Source: the human T2T-CHM13v2.0 reference genome, Homo sapiens. From it: DNA of 64,000 nucleotides. This document shows positions 29,143 to 41,300 of the stretch, in pieces (position 1 is the first letter of the stretch; each line of letters begins with the position of its first letter). Position numbers and translations under genes: made by a program. The notes beneath the pieces were generated by a model. The model was not told where the DNA came from and ran no database searches. It was given only the letters and a program-made list of their open reading frames with translations. The stretch is from NCBI RefSeq assembly GCF_009914755.1, contig NC_060928.1. One strand, given 5' to 3'.

Positions 29143-32100
29143 GGGTGCACAGGGCAATTGCCAGCTCATGTCATCACCCTCACTGAGCCCTGGGTATGTG
29201 TAACCATTGAAGGCCAGGAAATTGACTTCCTCCTGGACACGGTGTGGCCTTCTCAGTGTTAACCTCCTGTCCTTGATGACTGTACTTAAAGTCCATTACT
29301 ATCTGAGGAATCCTGGGACAGCCTGTAACCATGTATTTCTCCCACCTCCTCAGTTGTAATTGGGATACTTTGCTCTTTTCACATGCCTTTCTTTGTTATG
29401 CCTGAAAGTCCCACACCCTTGTTAGGGAGGAATAGATTAGCCAAAACTGGAGCTATTATCTACATGAATATGGGAAAAAAGTTACCCATTTATTGTCCCC
29501 TACTTGAGGAGGGAATCAACCCTGAAGTCTGGGCATTGGTAGGACAATTTGGAAGGGTAAAAAATGCCCACCCAGTCCAAATCAGGCTAAAAGACCCCAC
29601 CACTTTTCCTTATCAATGGCAATATCCCTTAAGGCCTGAAGCTCATAAAGGATTACAGGATATTGTTAAGCATTTAAAAACTCAAGGCTTAGTAAGGAAA
29701 TATAGCAGTCCCTTCAATACCCCAATTCTAGGGTACCAAAACCAAATGGTCAGTGGAGACTAGTGCAAGATCTTAGACTCATCAATGAGGCAGTAATTCC
29801 TCTATATCCAGTTGTACCCAACACCTATACCCTGATCTCTCAAATACCAGAGGAAGCAGAATGGTTCACTGTTCTGGACCTCAAGGGTGCCTTCTTCTAT
29901 ATTCCCCTGCACTCTGACTCCCAGTTTCTCTTTGCCTTTGAAGATCCCACAGACCACACATCCCAACTTATGTGGATGGTCTTGTCCCAAGGGTTTAGGG
30001 ATAACCCTCACCTGTTTGGTCAGGCACTGGCCCAAGATCTAGGCCACTTCTCAAGTCCAGGCACTCTGGTCCTTCAGAATGTGGATGATTTACTTTGGGC
30101 TACCAGTTCAGAAGCCTCATGTCAGCAAGCTACTCTATATCTGTTGAAATTTCTAGCTAATCAAGGGTACAAGGCATCTAGGTCAAAGGCCCAGCTTTGC
30201 CTACAGCAGGTCAAATATCTAGGCCTAATCTCAGCCAGAGGGACCAGGGCCCTCAGCAAGGAACACATACAGCCTATACTGGCCTATCCTTTTCCTAAGA
30301 CATTAAAACAGTTGTGGGCATTCCTTGGAATCACCGGCTTTTGCCAACTGTGGATCCCTGGATACAGTGAGATAGCCAGGCCCCTCTGTACTCTAATCAA
30401 GGAGACCTAGAGGGCAAATACTTACCTAGTAGAATGGGAACCAGAGGTAGGAACAGCATTCAAAACTTTAAAGCAGGCCCTAGTACAAGCTCCAGCTTTA
30501 AGCCTTCCCACAGGAGAAAACTTCTCCTTATACATCACAGAGAGAGCAGGAATAGCTCTTGGAGTTCTTACTCAGACTCATGGGACAAGCCCACAACCAG
30601 TGGAATACCTAAGTAAGGAAATTGATGTAGTAGCAAAAGGCTGGCCTCACTGTTTACAGGTAGTTGCAGCGGTGGCCTTGTTAGTGTCAGAGGCTATCAA
30701 AATAATACAAGGAAAGGATCTCACTGTCTGGGCTACTTGCGATGTAAATGGAATACTAGGTGCTAAAGGAAGCTTATGGCTATCAGACAGCTGCCTACTT
30801 AGATACCAGGCACTACTCCTTGAGGGACTGGTGCTTCAAATACTTATGTGAGTAGCCCTCAATCCTGCCACTCTTCTCCCAGAGGATGGGGAACCAATTG
30901 AGCATGACTGCCAATAAATTATAGTCCAGACTTATGCCACCTGAGATGATCTCTTAAAAGTCCCCTTAGCTAATCATGACCTTAACCTAAATAATGATGG
31001 AAGTTCATTTGTAGAGAATGGGATACGAAGGACAGGTTATCCCATAGTTACAGATGTAACTGTACTTGAAAGTAAGCCTCTTCCCCCAGAGGCCAGCACC
31101 CAGGTAGCAGAACTAGTGGCACTTACCCAAGCCTTAGAACTGGGGAAGGGAAAAAGAATAAATGTATATACAGATAGCATGTATGCTTATCTAACCTTAC
31201 ATGCCCATGCTACAATATGGAAAGAAATGGAGTTCCTAACCTCCAGGGGAACCCCCATTAAATACCACCTGGAAATTATAGAGTTATTGCATGCAGCGAA
31301 AAAACCCAAGGAGGTGGCAGTCTTATACTGCCAAAGCCATCAGCAAGGTGAAGGAGAAAAAGCAGATGGAAACCTTCAGGTAGAGGTTGAGGCGAAAATT
31401 GCTTCCAGGCAGAACCTCCCATTAGAAATACCTGGGGAAGGACCCTTGGTATGGAACAATGCCCTGCAAGAGATTTAGCCCCAGTATTCCCCGACTGAAA
31501 CAGAATGAGGACCTTAATGGTGGATAGGTTTCTCATCTCGGGGTGGTTAACAACATAAGATGGAAAGGTACTTATACCCAAAGCCAGCCAGTGGAAAATA
31601 CTTAAAACCCTCTACCAAACTTTTCATATGGGTATTGAAAACACTCAACAAATGGCCAAATGCCTATTTACAGGGTCAAATCTCCTCTGGACCATCCAAG
31701 AGGTAGTCAACACCTGTGAGGTGTGCCAAAGGAATAATCCCTTGGTTCATCATAAGGCCCCTTTGAGGGAACAAAGAATAGGTCATTATCCTGGAGAGGA
31801 CTGGCAGTTAGACTTCACCCATATACCTAAGTCAAAGGGATTTCAGTACTTGTTGGTCTGTGTTGATACCTTTACAAATTGGATAGAAACTTTTCCCTGC
31901 AAGACAGGGAAAGCTCAGGAAGTGATTAAAGTCCTAATTCATGAAATAATTCCTAGATTTGGGCTTCCCCAAAGCTTACAGAGTGACAGTGGTCCGACTT
32001 TTAAAGCCACGATAAATCAGGGAATTTCCAGGGTGCTAGGGATACAATATTACCTTCACTGCACCTGGAGGCCACAATCCTCGGGGAAGGTTGAGAAGAC

Positions 32101-32716
32101 AAATGAAACACTCAGGAGGCACTTAAGGAAACTAACACAAGAAACTCATCTCCTATGGCCTATTCCTTTGCCCATGGCCTTGTTGAGAATCCAAAAATCT
32201 CCTCACAAAATGGGGCTCAGTCCATATGAAATGCTTTATAGACGACCTTTTCTCACAAATGGCCTCCTACTTGATCAGGAAACAGCCAACTTGGTCAAAG
32301 ATATAACTTCTTTGGCAAAATATCAACAAAACCTTAAAAACCTACCTGAAGGATGTCACAGAGAAAAGGGAACAGAGTTGTTTCAACCAGGAGATCCAGT
32401 GTTGGTCAAATCTCTCCCCTCTATGTCCCTATCTATGGACCATTTGTGGGAAGGACCATACTTGGTAATCTTCTCTACCCTCACTACAGTTAAGGTGGCA
32501 GGAGTGGAACCTTGGATTCACCATACCAGAGTTAAATTTTGGACATCCCCCGAGGAACCTGCAGGACCGTCAGCTCAGGAGTCCCAAGATCAGCCAGACC
32601 AACCTCAATACACTTGAGAACGGTTGGAGGACTTACATCTCCTATTTCGGAAGGAAACATCCCAGACTAAAAAGGCTCCTACCACTGATCCTGAAGAAAA
32701 ACCCCTTCCTCCTTAA
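29143..32716 (+). pseudogene. pol: HERV9 pro-pol (PR, RT, RNase H, IN), disrupted
   Basis: FLLDT (DTG frameshifted); QDLR, DLKGAFF, NVDD (YVDD mutated); YTDS; IN WQLDFT, QSDSG, GKVEK and GPY; native stop ~32714-32716. Confidence 0.95.
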
Positions 32717-32774
32717 AAAAGATAAGTGAAAACCTACATAATCTTTATCTCTAACACCTCTCCTTGCCCCTTTA

Positions 32775-32936
32775 ATGGAATCGTTTTACTATTTCATCAT
32801 ATTATTAAGCAGCATACTAACCATACTCTTTGCAATAGGGCTATACACTGTAGCTCCTGCTGGGACAAAAATCCTAATCACATCAACCTTCTTTTTGTCT
32901 TCCTTCCTTCTGACAGCAATTTACTCCTACCTTTAA
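32775..32936 (+). CDS. Hypothetical 53-aa two-TM microprotein in the pol-env spacer
   Basis: Manual translation ATG to TAA: MESFYYFIILLSSILTILFAIGLYTVAPAGTKILITSTFFLSSFLLTAIYSYL. No expression evidence. Confidence 0.35.
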   Translation: MESFYYFIILLSSILTILFAIGLYTVAPAGTKILITSTFFLSSFLLTAIYSYL

Positions 32937-32951
32937 CTCAGCCTGGATAAG

Positions 32952-34804
32952 ATGATCATATCTTCCAAAGCACCCTCTTTACCTTCCTATTTATTCTTTG
33001 CCTATCTATCTCTCCTGCTTCCTTGGATACTCCATACAATCACCCCTCCCTTTCCACTAGCTCCTAATTACCTCTACATGACTCTCAACTTAACCCACTC
33101 TCTGTTAAACCAGTCCAATCCTTCCTTGGCAACTGACTGTTGTCTTTTTATCTCTCTATCAACCTTTGCTTATGTTGCCACTCCCATTCCCACAAAAAAC
33201 TGGGTCTTTACCAACGTAACCTACCACCCTCATTATGAAGGAAAAGACCTTTTCTGACTTCTAAATATGCAATAATTAGCTGACTTCTCCATCTCTGATA
33301 GGAGGAAGAATACCCTAACAGGATGTGCAATCCAACTTTTACGTTCCTACATTTCCAACCTCACCTATTACACAAGCAATGAAAAGCCCAGCATGGCCCT
33401 GTAACTACAAATACCATCTTAACTTTCCAAGCCCCGTTATGCATCCAATGCAACCTGTTATCAGGCCTGCCCCTGGGGCGCCTACTACTCCATCAGTGTA
33501 ATTACACCCTACAACTTCAAGCCCCAGCTGATCATAGTAACTTCCAGGTCACCCAAACAGCTCCATTCAGATGGCCTGTCTGCTTCTCAGGGCCCCCCAA
33601 AATTATCACCTCCTCCATGCTTAACAAACAGTCCAGGTTTTTAATGGCAAGCATACTCCCTGCATGAACATTCACCCCTGGACTCCCTATTGCAGTGCCC
33701 CCACCACTAGTGAATGCCTTCTCATCCCCTCTTTCAATCACTCTCTTGAATTGTTCCTAGTAGATACAAAATGGTTCTTTTGTCCAATGGGAAAATAGAA
33801 CACAGGGAACCACTCAGTTTGGTCCCAACACCCCTCTCCAGCCACTTACTGGAGCTACCTTGGCAAGTACTCTAGGAGTATGGAAAAATGAAAACAACAA
33901 ACTCACACACCTTTTTAACATACACAACTAGTTCTGTCTACCCAGCCAAAATATATTCTTCTTATGTGGAACATCGACATATATCTGCCTCCTCACTAAC
34001 TGAACAGGCACCTGCACCTTAGTCTTTCTAAGTCCCAACATTAACATTGCCACAGAAAATCAGACCCTATCAGTACCCGTCAAAGCTCAAGTCCATCAGC
34101 ATAGCCATACAACTAATACCCCTACTTATAGAGTTAGGAATGGCTACTGCTACAGGAAATGGAATGGCCAGTTTATCTACTTCATTATCCTACTACCACA
34201 CACTCTCAAAGGATTTCTCAGACAGTTTGCAAGAAATAAGGAAATCTATCTTACTCTACAATCCCAAATAGACTCTTTGGCAGCAGTGACTCTCCAAAAC
34301 CACCAAGGCCTCCTCACTGCTGACAAAGGAGGACTCTGCACCTTCTTAGGGGAAGAGTGTTGTTTTTACACTAACCATTCAGGGATAGTATGAGATGCTG
34401 TCTGGCGTTTACAGGAAAAGTCTTCTGAAATCAGACATGCTGCCTAGCATTTACAGGAAAAGTCTTCTGAAATCAGACAATGACTTTCAAATTCTTATAC
34501 CAACCTTTGGAGTTGGCCAACATGGCTTCTCCCTTTTCTAGGTCCCGTGGCAGCCATCTTGCTATGACTTGCCTTTGGGCCTTGTATTTTTAACCTACTT
34601 GTCAAATTTGTTTCCTCCAGGATCAAGGCCATCAAGCTACAGATGGTCTTACAAATGGAACCCCAAATGAGTTCAACTAACAAATTCTACTGAGGACCCC
34701 TGGACCCACCTGCTGGTCCTTCCACTGGCCTAAAGAGTTCTCCTCTGGAGGACACTACAACTGCAGGGCCCCTTCTTCACCCCTATCCAGCAGGAAGTAG
34801 CTAG
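32952..34804 (+). pseudogene. env: HERV9 env (disrupted)
   Basis: Signal peptide, LNLTHSLLNQSNPSLA, fusion peptide [27 protein letters not shown]6CC (CTFLGEECC), TM LPFLGP...FGPCIFNLLV, C-terminus PAGSS*; multiple stops and frameshifts. Confidence 0.93.
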
Positions 34805-34850
34805 AGCAGTCTTTGGCCAAATTCCAAAAAGCAGTTGGGGTGTCCTGTTT

Positions 34851-34861
34851 AGAGGGGGGAT
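34851..34861 (+). other. Polypurine tract
   Basis: agaggggggat immediately before the 3' LTR TG. Confidence 0.9.
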
Positions 34862-35826
34862 TGAGAAGTGATGCAGGCTGGGCTTCTGGGTCAGGTGGGG
34901 ATTTGGAGAACTTTTCTGTCTAGCTGAAGGATTGTAAATGCACCAATCAGCACTCTGTGTCTAGCTAAAGTTTTGTAAACACACCAATCAGCACTCCGTA
35001 AAAATGGACCAATCAGCACTCTGTGTCTAGCTAAAGGTTTGTAAAAGCACCAATCAGCACTCTGTAAAAATGGACCAATCAGCTCAGCACTCTGTAAAAT
35101 GGACCAATCAGCTCTCTGTAAAGTGGACCAATCAGCAAGATGTGGGTGGGGCCAAATAAGGGAATAAAAGCTGGCCACCTGAGCCAGCAGCAGCAACCTG
35201 CTCGGGTCGCCTTCCATGCTGTGGAAGCTTTGTTCTTTCGCTCTTTGCAATAAATCTTGCTGCTACTCACTCTTTGGGTCTGCACTACCTTTATGAGCTG
35301 TAACACTCACCATGAAGGTCTACAGCTTCCCTCCTGAAGCCAGTGAGACTACAAACTCACTGGGAGGAACAAACAACTCTGGACATGCCACCTTTAAGAG
35401 CTGTAACACTCACTGCAAAGGTCTGTGGCTTCATTCCTGAAGTCAGAAAGACCACAAACCCACTGGGAGGAAAAAACAACTCCAGATGCACCACCTTTAA
35501 GAGCTGTAACACTCACTGTGAAGGTCTGCAGCTTCACTCCTGAAGTCAGTGAGATCAAGAACCCACCGGGAGGAATGAACAACTCTGGACGCGCCACATT
35601 TAAGAGCTGTAACGCTCACTGTGAAGGTCTGCAACTTCACTCCTGAAGTCAGGAAGACCAAGAACCCACCAGAAGGAAGAAACTCCAGACACATCTGAAC
35701 ATCTGAAGGAACAAACTTTGGACACATCATCTTTAAGAACTGTAACACTCACCGCGAGGGTCCGCAGCTTCATTCTTGAAGTCAGCAAGACCAAGAACCC
35801 ACCAGAAGGAATGAATTCTGGACACA
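34862..35826 (+). promoter_or_regulatory. 3' LTR (LTR12 family)
   Basis: tgagaagtga...ggacaca; seven CCAATCAG motifs, polyA signal 35249, five ~100-bp repeats. Confidence 0.95.
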
Positions 35827-36023
35827 CTGGCTAACACGGTGAAACCCATCTCTACTAAAAATATAAAAAATTAGCTGGGCATAGTGGCAGCCACCTGTAG
35901 TCCCAGCTACTTGGGAGGCTGAGGCAGAAGAATGGCGTGAACCTAGGAGGCAGAGCTTGCAGTAAGGGAGCCAAGATCCCGCCACAGGACTGCAGCCTGG
36001 GTGACAAAGCAAGACTCAGTCTC

Positions 36024-36054
<31 letters not shown>

Positions 36055-36070
36055 AAATAAATAATAAATA
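35827..36070 (+). mobile_element. AluY 3' part with (TAAA)n tail
   Basis: ggctaacacggtg, gaatggcgtgaacc, gagcttgcag; Alu TSD aaataaa[t/g]ttaattt flanks the whole composite. Confidence 0.95.
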
Positions 36071-36077
36071 AAGTTAA

Positions 36078-36472
<395 letters not shown>

Positions 36473-36624
36473 TAATTATAGAGCTCTATTTAGAATGTTA
36501 GTTACATGAGCCTTTCTAAAGCTTTTACAATGTATTTTAAACACTAGTGAGGTTTTTATAATAATTATTTTTTATATGTTATGAATTTTCTATCATAGAA
36601 ATAAGTGATGGGTGAATACACAGT

Positions 36625-37182
36625 TTTAAAAATTATAGTAAAATACACATAATATAAAATGCATCATCTTAACCATTTTTAAACGTATAGTTCAGTAGTG
36701 TTAAGTATGTTCACAATGTTTGGTAATCAATACAAAGAACTCTTTTCCATTTGCAAAAGTGAAATTCCATAACCATTAAACAACAGCTCCCTAGTCCTCC
36801 TGCCCATTCCCTGGTAACCACTATTCTACTTTCTGTTTTTATGAATTAACTACTCTATAAATTTCATTTGTAACTTTAAAGCTATATGTACATCATTTAC
36901 CCATTTTTATTCTGTAAATACCTTATACCTTATGTAAGTTGAGCCATACAGTATTTGCTTTTCTATGGTTGGCTTATTTCACTCAGTGTAATATCTTCAA
37001 GGTTAATCCATGACATAGCCTATGTCTGAATTTCCTTCCTTTTTAATACTAAATAATATTTTGTTGTATGTATATACCACCTTTTAAAAAATCCATTCAT
37101 GTGTCGATAGACATTTGGGTTGCTTCCACCTTTTGGCTATTGTGAATCATGCTGTAATAAACATGAATGTACAGATATCTCT
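36625..37182 (-). mobile_element. L1MB-type 3' end
   Basis: accatttttaaacgtatagttcagtag...ttgggttgcttccaccttttggctattgtgaa. Confidence 0.8.
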
Positions 37183-37664
37183 TAGAAAGTTTTTGTTATT
37201 CGACATTTCTATAGAAAATCCGTTTTTTTTTTTGTCCTACAGCATGAAATTCCTTAGTCAAACCACTTCTGAAAAATGCTGCATTCCATACATTCTTGTC
37301 TTAGATTCACTTTGAATACTTAAAAGACGAATATAATGCTGGAAAATTGAATTACTTTTATGGTATTTAAGCAAAAAAATGTGCAATAATTTAACTTAAA
37401 TTTTGAATTTTAATGTCATATATGGCTAATGACATTTTTGTCATATGTAGCATTTTCAATAGAGAACCAATTTTGCTATAAGTTTTAGCATTCTAGAAGC
37501 AATAAGTAAAGAGCTACCTATGAGGGTAAAGAAAGATTGAGGTTATAATTGGAGGATGGATGTTGTAAAAATTACCCCTGTCCTATTAATAAGTTTTGCC
37601 TAGAGAAGTTAAATTTCATTTATAACTTTTAAGTTACATTTACATAATCTACACATTTTCTTTC

Positions 37665-37890
37665 TGTAAATATACAGAGGAACATCACTTCCTTAGAGAT
37701 GCCTTTCTTGTCAAACTTGCCTTAGAACTCACTCCTATCTTAGTCTTTTATTGTTTATATCACACCTCTGAAATTACAAGATATTTATGTGTACTTGTTT
37801 ATGTTATGCTTCCCTCACTGGAAGGAACATTATATAATGGTAAGAATATTTTTCTTATTTAACATTGTATTTTCAGGAGCTAGTAGATTC
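37665..37890. mobile_element. L2 3'-end remnant
   Basis: atcacttccttagagatgcctttc...ccctcactgga...ttgtattttcaggagctag resembles an L2 3' end. Confidence 0.5.
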
Positions 37891-38329
37891 TTAATTGAAA
37901 AAAGTAAAGTATTTTTAATTCTAACATTTTATAAGATCATAAATTTGCATATTAATTTTAAGCATTTTTATTTACTAATTAACTTGAGTTGCTGAATAAA
38001 ACTTCTGCAACAGAAATGATAATTTACCATTGTAACTATGATGACATCATACAAGGTAACATATTTAGAATATATCCAAAGGTATATGCTAATATTCTTG
38101 TAATTTTCTTTTATGTTATAACACATATAACAATGGCATTTTGTGTTGTGTCTCATTGTTTATCTTACAGATAATGTTTGTATAATTTTCACTTGAGAAA
38201 CCTTTATTTTAGAGAAAGTTTTTCAATTAATATTTCTAACTTGAGAATGCAAATGCATATGAGCCCATATATGGGCTTAGTTATTTACAATAAAAGTAGT
38301 AAAGTCATAACCATAAACAGTGATTAACA

Positions 38330-41300
38330 TTATATGACAAATCCAGATAAATTCACCAATGAATCTACAAAACGTTAAAAAAAACCAATTTTCTACTGTC
38401 TTTTCCAGAAGACAGAAGCAGAAAGAATAGTTCTTTATTCATTCTATGATGCTAGCATTATTCTAATATCAATCTAAAGACTTCTTTAAAAAATAAACTA
38501 CAGACTAATATTTCTCATGAATACTAATACAAAAATCATCAACAAAATATTAGCAAATCAAAAATCAAATCCAACAATGTATAAAGATAATTACTATGTC
38601 ATGATCAAGTGGGATTAATTCTAAGTAGACAAGCCTGGTTCAACATATATTAATCAATTGGTATATGTTGGCTGCTTGTATATCTCCTTTTCAGAAGTGT
38701 CTCTTTATGTCTTTTTTCCATTTTTTAATGGAGTTATTTGTTTTTTGCTTGTTCAATTATTTAAGTTCCTTACTGATTCTGGATATTAGACCTTTGTTGG
38801 ATATATACTTTATGAATATTTCTCCCATTCTGTAGGGTGTCTGTTTACTCTGCTGATAGTTTCTTTTGCTGTGCAGAAGGTCTTTAGTTTAATTAGGTTC
38901 TACTTGTCAATTTTGGTTTTTGTTGTAATTGCCTTTGGGATCTTAGTCATAAATTCTTTCCCAAGGCTGATGCTCAGAATTGTGTTTCCTAGCTTTTCTC
39001 CTAGGATTATTGTATTTCGAGGACTTACATTTAAATCTTTAATCCAACTTGAGTTAATTTTTGTGTATGGTGAAAAGTAGGGGTCCAATTTCATTCTTCT
39101 GCATATGGCAAGCCAGCTATTCCAGCACCATTTATTGAGTAGGGAGTCCTTTTCCCTATTGCATAATTTTGTCAACTTTGTTGAATGTCGGATGGATGGA
39201 GGTTTGTGATGTTATTTCTGGGTTGTGTATTCTGTTCCATTGGTCTATCTGTTTTTGAACCAGGACCATAATGTTTTGGTTACTGTAGCATTATTGTTTA
39301 CTTTGAAGTCTGGTAATGTAATGCCTCCAACTTTGTTCTTTTTGCTTAGGATTGTTTTAGCTATTTGGGCTCCTTTTTGGCTCCATATGAATTTTTGAAT
39401 AGTTTTTTTCTAATTCTGTGAAAAATGACATTAGTAGTTTGACAGGAATAGTGTTGAATCTGTATATTGCTTTGAGGATTATGGCCATTTTAACAACATT
39501 GATTCATCCGGTCCATGAACATGAAATGTTATTCCATTTCTTTGTGTCACCTCTGATTTTTTTCAGCAGTGTTTAATAGTTTTCCTTTAGAGATCTTTTA
39601 CCTCCTTGGTTAGATGTATTTCTAGATATTTTATTTGAGTGGCTATTATAAATTAAAGTGCATTCTTCATTTGGTTGTCAGCTTGAACGTTATTGGTGTA
39701 AAGAAAAACTGCTGATATTTGTACATTGATTTTGTATTCCGAAACTTTACTTTTTTATGAGTTTTAGAAGTCTTTTGGCAAAGTCTTTAGGTTTTCTAGG
39801 TATAGGATCACATTTTATGTCAAGAGAGATAGTTTGAATTCTTTTTTCCTCTTTGGATGTATTTTGTTTCTTTATCTTGTCAAATTGTTCTGGCTAGCAT
39901 TTCCCACACAAAGAACTTAAAATAGAACTACCATTTTACCAGCAATTTCATTACTGGGTATAGATCCAAAAGAAAATAGTTCTTTGCACCAAAAAACACA
40001 TGCTCTTTCATGTTCACTGCAGCACTGTTCACAATACCAAAGACATGAAATTAACCCAGGTGCCCCGACATTAAATGGGATAAAACATATATGGTGTATA
40101 TACACCATAGGATACCATGCAGCCATAAAAAAGAATAAAATCATGTTCTTTGCAGCAATATGGATGCAGTTGGAGGCCATTATCCTAAGTTAATTAACAC
40201 AGGAACAGAAAATTAAATACATTATGTTCTCATTTGTACGTGGGAGCTAATCTTTGGGTTCTCATAAAGATGGGAATAATAGAAACACAGGAATGCTATA
40301 TGGGAGGAGGAAGAGAACAATGACTGAAAAGCTGGTGGATGCTATACTCAATACCTGGGTAAGAGAATCATTTATACTCCAAACATCGTTTTCACACAAT
40401 ATGCCCAGTTAACAAACCTACACATGTACCCCCTAAATCTGAAATAAATTTGAAAAAAAGGGGAATGAATAAAGGTAATTCATCTCATAAATAGACTAAC
40501 AAAAAAAAGGTACTATCAAGAGATGCAGAAAAAGCATTTGCCAACATCACCCATTTATGATGAAAAAGGAAACCACCCAACAAACAATAAGGGGAAAAGT
40601 CTCAATTTGATAAATAACATCTACAAAAAAAACCTATAACTAACATCATATTTAATGCTGAGAAACTAAGAGCTTTTCCAAAAAGATCAAGAACCAGACA
40701 ATGGCATTACCTCTTACCACTCTCTTTTCAACGTTATCCTGAAAGTCTTAGTTAATGAAATAAGATGGGAAAATAATATAAAAAATGTATATATTCTAAA
40801 GGAATAAATAAATTTGTTATTGCCCACAGATGACATGATTGGCTATGTAGAAGTTCTAAAGACATCATCAACAATAACAAAAACCTACTGGAACTAACAA
40901 ACGAGTATAGCACAGTTGTAGATATAAGATCAATAATGAAAGTCAATGACTTTCCTATATACCAGCAATAAGCAAGTGGAATTTAAAATTTAAAACACAA
41001 TACTATTTATATTAACACTCCAAAACACTAAATATTTAGGTATAAACCTAACAATAAATATAAATGATCTAAATAAGTTGAGAGATATTCAATATTTATG
41101 AATAGGAAGACTAAATATTGACAAGATGTCATTTTTTCCCAACTTGATGTATACATTATATGCAATCCCAGTCAGAATATCAGCAAGTTATTTTATGAAT
41201 ATTCACAGACTAACTAAAGTTTATATGGAGAAGCTAATGACCCAAAATAGCAGACGCAACATTCAGAGAGAATAATGAAGTTTGAGGACTCACACTAACC

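Larger units (their letters stand above)
25626..35826 (+). mobile_element. ERV9/HERV9 provirus, near full length, coding-defective
   Basis: LTR-PBS-gag-pro-pol-env-PPT-LTR order; 4-bp TSD CTGG at 25622-25625 and 35827-35830. Confidence 0.95.

Noticed and set aside
32726-32950. 74-aa ORF in the pol-env spacer from the ORF track
   Set aside because: Starts at GTG and has no recognisable features; the overlapping ATG-initiated 53-aa frame is the better candidate.
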